Positions 1-11,092 of a stretch of 45,231 nt of DNA are shown here, in pieces. A program made the position numbers and the translations under genes. Below the pieces are notes generated by a model. It saw only the letters and a list, made by a program, of their open reading frames with translations. It searched no databases and had not been told where the DNA came from. Source of the stretch: Folioceros fuciformis (taxonomy: Eukaryota); assembly GCA_049999805.1 (NCBI GenBank), contig JBNGIO010006273.1, positions 115,637-160,867 on the forward strand, in the 5' to 3' direction. The stretch's first letter is position 1; every line of letters starts with the position of its first letter.

Positions 1-2387
<2,387 letters not shown>

Positions 2388-2440
2388 GATAGTTCTCTGA
2401 AGTGAAGTATAAGGGGTCCAACGTCTCAGCGGGGCACTTA

Positions 2441-3030
2441 AGTAATGGCATAAGTGAAATAAGGTGAAAATTAAAAGTAGAAAGGTGAAAGCTAAATCTA
2501 GAGTTGTCTTGATGAAGAAGCAAGTATGCTTCTTGCTGCCTTTGAAAACAAAATGTGTGTTCCAGGCAAAACCTCCTAAGAAGGATGGAGTTGTAATGAC
2601 CACTAGTATTCTAGGATGAGTGGTGTGTATCATTCCCAGTTTTAGCAGTGGCTTAGCTGTGGAGTATAAATAGGCCAGTGTTAGGGTCTTAAGGATACTG
2701 TGATACACTGATACACAAAGAGGCAGACAGTGAGAAGTCTAGCCTGGAGGCATAGCTGTGGAGGGCTTGAAGAGCAAGCTTGTCAGATAGAGTCGAGGGC
2801 AGTAGCCAGTGGGGCGTAGATCGCCAGACTCTTTTGTAAGTAACTGGAATAAAGAGCAGCACCTAGAGGAGGTGGTCTGCGAGTCGTCAGTGGACGGCGG
2901 GCTACTTGGAGCCTAGTGCTGAGTCGTGTGAGAGGGAGTGAGTGAATTGCAAGTGGAGCGCTGCGAAGTGTTTAGACGAGATTCGAGGCCGTTGCTTCCT
3001 TTTACGCTGCGTAAGGAAGGGGGCGTTACT
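2441..3030 (+). repeat. 5' LTR (590 bp), AGTAA...TTACT
   Basis: Direct repeat of 7745-8293. Contains TATAAATA (2665-2672) and AATAAA (2848-2853). Confidence 0.95.
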
Positions 3031-3034
3031 TAGT

Positions 3035-3046
3035 TGGTATCAGAGC
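3035..3046 (+). promoter_or_regulatory. Primer binding site complementary to the 3' end of initiator tRNA-Met
   Basis: TGGTATCAGAGC, 4 nt after the end of the 5' LTR. Confidence 0.93.
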
Positions 3047-3064
3047 ATAGTCTATTCCTCCAAG

Positions 3065-4249
3065 ATGGCTAAGCGCCAGAGGATGCAAATACGAGAGGTT
3101 TCTCCTAATCCCCCGCCTCAACAACTCGAGGAAAATCAAGGCAAGGAGATGCCGCCTACCGACTCAGCAGGACCATCCGGAGACAAATCTGAAGATTGGA
3201 AGACGCAGATGATGGTCGCTTTACGACAAATTCTCCCCGAAATATTGCCGGAAGTTCTCCAAGATTTGACAGCATCTGGGAAAAAGGCAAGGAAGGATCC
3301 ACAGCCTATAGCTCTACAAAATGAGGAAGCGGAAGACAATCAAGATCCTTTTCATATCTTCGAAGCAGTTCCGAGGGCAAATCTGAAGTTGACCGTGCCA
3401 GATAAGTATGAGGGAGTAAGGGATCTACAAGCTATTGATTCCTGGATTTACTCTATTGAAAGCTATCTTGCTTCATCTGGCCTGGAGCCTAAGCATTACT
3501 TAGGAACTGTGGGCAACTTTCTCAAAGGGTATGCTTTGGTGTGGTGGCGAAGTTATTGTGCTAATGTAGCCCAGGGAAATCGAGCACACACCATCACAGA
3601 CTAGGCATCTTTCAAAGAGGCCTTGAAGAAGCAGTTCCAACCTGCAAATGCTTTACGCTTGAGCCGGTAGCTGCTTGATAATATAAAGCAGACAGGTACT
3701 GTACGAGAATATGTAAGTACATTCAGTGAAGCTGTTATGCATTGTACTTCAATGAGTGAAGTTGACAAACTACATCGCTTCATGGTTGGTTTGAAGGACT
3801 GGGCTGCTAACAGAATTGAGTTGTATAGTCCAATGACCTTGGCAGAGGCCATAACAGCAGCAGATGCTATCCCAGATACCTTTCATTCCAACACATCCAA
3901 CTCCTTAAGAAGATTTCGAGGTAATACCCGTGGACGGTATATGCAAACTAGAGTTTCTTCCAATAATGTTGCAAGAGGGACGCCCAAGGATAATGAAAGG
4001 AGTACAGTTGCAAGAGGCAACTCCAGTGCGAGCTTCCGTGGGAGAAATCGAGGAGTGCGTAGGGGGCGCGGACCTCAGAGAACAGGGACAATGGGTTCTC
4101 GGAAAGGAGTTTGTTTTGCTTGTGGAGAGCCGGGACATTACGCGAATGAATGCCCCAATACTCAACAAACTTTGAATGTTGTTCAAGACAACCCACAGCC
4201 CCAAAGACTCAGGATTACAGAAGTATCCGGATCTGAAAATCCCAAATGA
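3065..4249 (+). pseudogene. gag: Retrotransposon gag (capsid plus CCHC nucleocapsid), two internal TAG stops
   Basis: ATG at 3065. Capsid-like PDKYEGVRD...ALVWW and zinc knuckle CFACGEPGHYANEC. Internal TAG at 3602-3604 and 3668-3670; ends TGA 4247-4249. Confidence 0.9.
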
Positions 4250-7200
4250 CGGGATTGGCCACATGTTGCACAGGCTACATGTGGTGACTCTCAAGATGCT
4301 GAGGACAGCATTATTCATAGGGCAGGTGGAGAGCTCATGTATATAGAAGGATGTGTGAATCGTGAAGAAGCGAAGATGTTGCTTGATCTAGCAGCAACAC
4401 ATAATTTCATTTCTCCTGGCAGAGCAAGTAAGCTTGGTTTGACATGGGCTAGTATTTCAGAGCCATGTACAGTGAAACAAGCAAAAGAAAAGCTGCAGTT
4501 CTTAGGACAGCTAGAAAAAGTTCCTTTGCAGATAGGCAATTGGACAGGACAAGCAAGCTTCACAGTTGTAGATATGGATGATCATGAAATCATCTTGGGC
4601 TTAGAATGGATGAAGGCCAATAAGGTATGTGTAGACGTGGACTCACGCACCATACAGATTGTAGGAGATGAAAAGCACAAAGTGAGTTGTGCAGTCCTTG
4701 AGCATCAGCTTGGGCACAAGATTGATGAAGTCATCTCTAAGAAAGAGCTCAAGCGTTGTGTCAAAAATGGAGAGGAACTCTATTTGTTGGTGTTGCAAGG
4801 ACTAGAAGATGGTCTTGAGATGGAATCTCAGAAACAACCAAAGATTCCAAAGGAGATACAGGATGTCTTAGATGAGTTTAAAGACTTGATGCCTACTGAG
4901 TTACCTCTTTTACCTCAACGGAGAGTTGTAGATCATGAAATTGATCTAAAACCAGGAAGTGTACCGCCATCAAGAGCGCCATATAGATTGTCGCTAGATG
5001 AGCTTCAAGAATTGAAGAGACAAATGTCTAACTTGTTAGCCAAGGGCTATGTTAGAGTCTCAAAATCCCCATTTGGTGCGCCAGTATTGTTTACGCGAAA
5101 GAAGAATGGAGGATTAAGGTTATGCTTGGATTACAGAGCACTCAACCAGATAACAGTCAAAAATTCCTATCCTTTGCCAAGGATGGATGATATGTTTGAC
5201 AGGTTGAAAGGTGCTAAGTATTTTACCAGACTGGATTTGATGGCTGGTTATTACCAGATTCGCATCGCAGAAGGACATGAATACAAAACTGCTTGTAGGA
5301 CAAGGTATGGATCTTTTGAATTTCTAGTCATGCCATTTGGACTCACTAATGCACCAGCCACATTTCAGACTCTCATGAATAGTATATTCAGAGATCTGTT
5401 GGATGAGTGTGTTGTGATCTATTTGGATGACATTTTGATATTCAGTTCTACCTTAGAGGAGCATGTCCAACACTTGAGGAAAGTGTTGGAAAGGTCAAGG
5501 GCAAATTCTTTGTTCTTAGCTATAACAAAGTGTGACTTTGTTAAGGAAGAAATAGACTTCCTTGGATTCATTGTCTCTGCTGATGGAATTAGGATGGATC
5601 CTGATAAGGTAAAAGCCATACAGAGTTGGCTGCCGCCAAGCAATGTGCATGAAGTGCGTATGTTTTTAGGATTGGCTAGCGTGTACAGAAGATTTGTACC
5701 AATGTTTGCCAAAATTGCTGCCCCATTAACTGATCTCTTGAAGAAGGTGAAGACATGGAAGTGGGATGAAGAATGTCAAAGGGCATTCGAGTTTCTCAAG
5801 TTGAAACTCAGCACTACCCCAGTACTAGCAATCTATGATCCAAAGAAATATATAGAAGTGTATACTGATGCGTCAGATACAGCTATTGGAGGAGTGCTTA
5901 TGCAAGAAGGTAGGCCAGTGGCTTACGAATCAAGAAAGTTGCATGAACATGAGAGGAAATACCCCACATATGAGAAGGAGATGACAGTCGTCATCAATTG
6001 TCTCAAGATTTGGAGACACTATCTTCTTGGAAGATCTTTTGTGCTGTACACAGATAATGTAAGTACAAGCTTCTTTTCTAATCAGCTGCGACTAAATGCT
6101 AGACAAGCAAGATGGCAAGATTTCCTAGCGATGTATGATGTGGAGATTAAGTACAAGCCAGGGAAGGAAAATCTCGTGGCAGATGCTCTTAGTCGCAAGC
6201 AGGAGTTGAGTTTAATGTCTATTTTTAAGCTGAAGAATCCTAATCTAGCTACAACGCGGGTGGTGATTGAGCCAAGGGACACTCACACGCAGATTAAAGA
6301 GGCTTATCTGCGCGATCCATTAGTGCAAGATTGGATCAACGAGATGGAGCAACCGGGGTCTAAGTTTAAGCTTAGAAATGGCTTGTTAATGTTCAAGCAA
6401 AACAGGATTGTGATTCCTGATTCTCAAGAGTTGAGAAAAAAGTTGCTTGCAGAATGTCACGATGTACTAAGTGCTGGTCATCGGGGAATTGACACAACTT
6501 ATGAGAAGTTGAAGAAGCTGTTTTACTAGCCTGGAATGTACAAACATACTGTAGAGTATGTGAAGTCTTGTGTAGACTGTCAGCAGGATAAAGTAGAGCA
6601 GACAAATCCACGAGGTTTGTTGCAACCCCTGCCTATTCCAAGTGGGCCTTGGAAGAGTATATCAATGGATTTTGTTATGCCATTGCCACCCAGTAATGGA
6701 TACACAGCTATCATGACAGTTGTTGATAGGTTCAGCAAGCAAGCACACTTTATCCCCACGAAGACGCAAGTGAAGGCTTTAGAAGTTGCTCAATTGTTTA
6801 AGAAGCATATCTATGTGTTACATGGATTGCCTATGCAAATTGTGAGTGATAGAGATCCTAGATTCACAGCGGAAATTTGGCAACAGCTTATGAAGAGCTT
6901 GGGAGTGCAACTATGTCTAAGTACAGCATATCACCCTGATACAGATGGATCTACAGAAAGAGTAAACAAAATCCAAGAGGAATACTTACGACACTATGTA
7001 CAAATGGACCAGAGGAACTGGAGTAATCATCTTGAGGATGCAGAGTTTTGTTATAACAATACTGTACATAGCTCCACAGGCTATACACCTTTTCAGATGA
7101 CAGGTAACGAAGCAATGGACGCAGTTTCCATGTTGAATGCTGACGTGTTTGAGACAGTAGCAAGAGAACCACGTGAATTTATTGAGCAGTTAAGCGCCAG

Positions 7201-7714
7201 GCATGAAATTGCTAAGAGGATTTTGGCCAAAGCTCAAGACAGGCAAAAGAAGTTTGCTGATAGGCACAGGAAAGAGGCAGAATTTCAAGTGGGTGACAAG
7301 GTTTGGGTAAAGTTGAAACACTTCCCAGTACCTCAAGGATTGTTCCCAAAGTTAAGGCCTAAGTATGGAGGTCCTTTCGTAGTTCTAAAGCGCATTGGGA
7401 ATGTGGCTTACAAACTACAACTGCCTAATTGGATCTTCTCTCATGATGTGTTTCATGTCTCTTTGCTGAAACCATTTGTGATTTCGAAAGAGAATGAAGA
7501 CATGAACAGGAAAGACTATGTTATCCTGGTTCAATATAACCATAGTCTGCAAGAGATTGTTGAATTTCTAGCAGAAAGAGAAGTGCCTTATGTCCGTGGT
7601 AATGTTCTAGAGTATCTAGTAAGACTTCGTGATTTTGCAGATCCTGTCTGGGTTTCACTTCAAGATGTGCAACAAGGATCATGGATGATCTCACGTTATA
7701 CTGCAGGTCATTGA
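4250..7714 (+). pseudogene. pol: Retrotransposon pol: protease, reverse transcriptase, RNase H, integrase and chromodomain-like tail; one internal TAG
   Basis: PR LLDLAATHNF (degenerate DSG); RT CLDYRALN...YLDDILI; RH TDASDTAIGG...NLVADALSR; INT HHCC zinc finger, SMDF, SDRDPRF and a GPF motif; tail LEYLVRL...PVWVS. TAG at 6527-6529 falls in the conserved YWP. Same frame as gag. Confidence 0.93.
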
Positions 7715-7732
7715 GGACAATGACATCTTCCT

Positions 7733-7744
7733 AGTGGGGGAGAG
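7733..7744 (+). promoter_or_regulatory. Polypurine tract
   Basis: AGTGGGGGAGAG immediately before the 3' LTR. Confidence 0.85.
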
Positions 7745-8293
7745 AGTAATGGCATAAGTGAAACAAGGTGAAAGTTAAAAGTAGGAAGGTGAAAGCTAAA
7801 TCTAGAGCTGTCTTGATGAAGAAGCAAGTATGCTTTTTGCTGCCTTTGGAAACAAAATGTGTGTTCCAAGCAAAACCTCCTAAGAAGGATGGAGTTGTAA
7901 TGACCACTAGTATTCTAGGATGAGTGGTGTGTATCATTCCTAGTTTTAACAGTGGCTTAGCTGTGGAGTATAAATAGGCCAGTATTAGGGTCTTAAGGAT
8001 ACTGTGATACACTGATACACAAAGAGGGCTTGAAGAGCAATCTTGTCTAATAGAGTCGAGGGCAGTAGCCAGTGGGGCGTAGATCGCCAGACTCTTTTGT
8101 AAGTAACTGGAATAAAGAGCAGCACCTAGAGGAGGTGGTCTGCGAGTCGTCAGAGGACGGCAGGCTACTTGGAACCTAGTGCTGAGTCGTGTGAGAGGGA
8201 GTGAGTGAATTGCAAGTGGAGCGCTGCGGAGTGTTTAGACGAGATTCAAGGCCGGTGCTTCCTTTTACGCTGCGTAAGGAAGGGGGCGTTACT
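7745..8293 (+). repeat. 3' LTR (549 bp)
   Basis: Copy of 2441-3030 with a 41-bp indel and about 19 substitutions by manual count. Confidence 0.95.
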
Positions 8294-8822
8294 ACTTAAG
8301 TACTTTCTAGGCGTTCCGCCTAGCCACTATGCAATTGGTGGGCAACTTTTTTTTTCACTTCAACCGTCTTATCATGGAGCAGGGACTTTTAAAACTATGT
8401 CAAAGGGAATTGCTTAAACGCCGGCAACTGCAAAAAGGGGCACAATTGCCGTGGATGGCTTCAATTTTGCGGGATTACCCTTTATAGTCTGAGCAAATAC
8501 AACTTGTCCCTGAACCTGAGGTGGGTAGATATGTACGTCTATGGAAAAGAATTGTAGGACAACGTCTGCCGTAATGAAATCGAAGGGCATAATCATAGTA
8601 GTGTATGCCTCAAACCCATTTCCAAGATACTCTGGCAAAACAGTGTCCAACTTACAAAATTTGAAGAAAATGATTGCTAAGACGGTGAAGGTGAAGCTGC
8701 GAACCTATGGACTTATGTACTATTTCACCCGTACCTAGCACTCCTGAAAGTGCTGCGATGCCTTCCTCCAATGCCTGCGCCAGCATAGGGTGACAAGCAT
8801 GACATACAACAGCGCTTTCAGA

Positions 8823-9269
8823 TCATACATTGCGGATGAAAAAAATGACAGCACGAGAAAAGTTCTTCCAGATAATGAAGAATGACAGACCAAAAAGCTT
8901 CACGACATTGAATACGAAGTGCGTGATGAGATCAGCGAAGTCATGAAGAGCAAAGAAGAGGAGCTGGAAGAAGTCCAATATTGCAAACAGCAAGGAACAT
9001 AGAATACTTCTCAACAGAGCCAGAAGAATGTTCAGCAAGCCGAGCGATATTGACAGGCAAAGCCTCGAGAGGCGCGCGAGCAGATAGTCGGCAAGACTTG
9101 GGACTCCCCATAAGGCAGTTTTCAAAATTTTAGCGACCAGTAAACCGGGCAGTCGTAAGGTATGGATGATAGTCAGGAGCAAAATGCTAATCAGTTCAAA
9201 GACTGTGCGGGTTATGATATCCAAGACAAAACTGAAAAGTTTAATGAAGAGGTCGGCCAGAATGGTCAT
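8823..9269 (-). CDS. Uncharacterised hydrophobic/amphipathic helical protein, 148 aa, single exon
   Basis: ATG-to-TGA ORF, extremely rich in L/I/F. The motifs LRLPG and WKNF.RAV.F resemble a small uncharacterised land-plant family I recall (FKVPG...WNNY.DA..Y); not verified. Confidence 0.65.
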   Translation of the reverse strand: MTILADLFIKLFSFVLDIITRTVFELISILLLTIIHTLRLPGLLVAKILKTALWGVPSLADYLLARLSRLCLSISLGLLNILLALLRSILCSLLFAILDFFQLLFFALHDFADLITHFVFNVVKLFGLSFFIIWKNFSRAVIFFIRNV

Positions 9270-11092
9270 CTTTGGAGAAGGGGTTCAAAGACAAGATAGG
9301 GAAGCAACAAGAAGGACGAGACTTTACAAATCCATTTTTTCGTCGACTGCAGAATCTCAGACACTTCATTGAGGTAAGTAACATGGGAGACTGGGAGGGA
9401 CCACTTTCAATGTCCATAAAACTCTCAACAAGACATCAAAATCCCTGTAAGCAGAGAAAATCAAGCTCCTTGACTGCTCACATTGTGGAGCATGAAAGCA
9501 TCGCCACAAGTTCCGGTCTACGTCCTGTTGCAGGTTTGCACTAGCAACATGCAGAGCTCCGGTCGAGTTAGATCCCCCATGCCCGCGCCGTCTGTTCACC
9601 TCCGACCACCTTCCACAGAGCATATCGATAAATGGAAGACCCGTTCGAACAAGCTCTGGCATGTCTCCGTTCCGAGACTTTAGCAGCCTGTATTACCCTG
9701 TGCCTCTCATCACTTCTGGAGAGAGTTGAATATCCACGGTGTCGCGAAAATCAGTGCTTCAAGTTGTTCTGCACAAAAAAGATTGATCTCCAGCACAAGA
9801 TTGGCCCTGATCCGCGTAACTGATTCAAGAACAAGGACCGCCTCTGTAACACCTCACCTGCACTGCAACAAATGTAGCGGCAGGCGCTGGTTAAGTCACC
9901 AATTACCAGACAACAAAATCCTCGAACACCAGCGCGCGAGTTCAGACGTCGCGAGAACCGCGCTTTCCATTCTGCTAAACAAAGTCCGCAATCTGATGCC
10001 TGACAAGGCAAAGAAAGATACTACCCAGGCCGATCGGGCCAAACTACCTCTACACCAAAATCCGCTTCTCCACTAACAGCCAAGAATTCAAAAATGCCAG
10101 CCTTGCGGCTGGAACATGCGCAGCCAATGCGAGACGTTTCAGAACGCTCCAACCAGCCCCGTAGAGCAGCACGGCTGCGCAAATCCAGCAGTACGAAGCT
10201 GCTCACGCCAGAAAATGCGTCCGATTCCTCCAAAGCCAGAGACCGAAAGCCAGCAGCAAAGCGCCAAGCACTCCCGCGCTCTTGGGCCAAGAGACGCGAA
10301 TCGAAACGCGGCAAAGCGACGTTGAGTAGGCAACATTTTCCTCATCTCCGCAGCGTGGCAGGCAGTCCCTGAACCGGGAACGGTACAGCGGGAGTGGCGT
10401 GGGAAATTGGAAGACAGGAAGGAGGAAGGAAGGGACGCTTTTGCAGCAGGACAGAACAAGGCTCAACGGAGGAGGGAAATTGGAACAATAATATTTTAAT
10501 GGGTTCGAGATCGCTTTTGGACGCCGTCTTCGAGGGCAATCATCACAAAACGGCTCGGCAGTCTGCGGCTAACCTCAGGTCAAGCGCGGCCTAACCGGAG
10601 GGTAGGTAAGAAAAAAGCAAACAAAACAAGAATCAGTCAGAGTGAGTACAGTCGGCGGGCATGAGGCAGACAGTCCCAGGCCTGTCAAAGAAGTGAACTT
10701 GCAGGTTGCCATACGGAAACAACCATGCTGCATGCATGCCGCTGGTCGTCGTCGTTCGTAGCATCTTTGTGCGGAAGTGAAAGAAAACAATGGCTTCTGC
10801 TCATCACACGTTTCAGATGATTTGCTCGCCTCAAGTACAGAAACTCTCCAGCCAGGCGTGGGAGGGATGTGAACATGTCCGACCTTGCACAGGAGATGCC
10901 ATGCCCGGCCCTGCCCTGCCCAGTCCAGCCCAGCCCACTTCGGATGCGTGCCCGAGGAGCTTATCCATGAAAAACCATGGCGTGCTCTGGCCGCAGCCCA
11001 GACCAACACCGACCCGTAACTCGCAATAGCTAGTGGGTGCAAAGTGCGGCAGAAGGCCCACCTTGGGTCACGTGGCTTGGCGTGGTTGCGAT

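Larger units (their letters stand above)
2441..8293 (+). mobile_element. Full-length Ty3/gypsy LTR retrotransposon (chromovirus-type, Galadriel/Tcn1-like), inactivated by nonsense changes
   Basis: Two LTRs, 5-bp TSD ACTTA (2436-2440 and 8294-8298), tRNA-iMet PBS, PPT, and domain order gag-PR-RT-RH-INT with a chromodomain-like tail. Lineage assignment is by recalled RT motif similarity only. Confidence 0.96.

Noticed and set aside
8307-8323. Hairpin as a Helitron 3' end
   Set aside because: No correctly spaced CTRR terminus on either strand, and no 5' TC end or helicase remnant.
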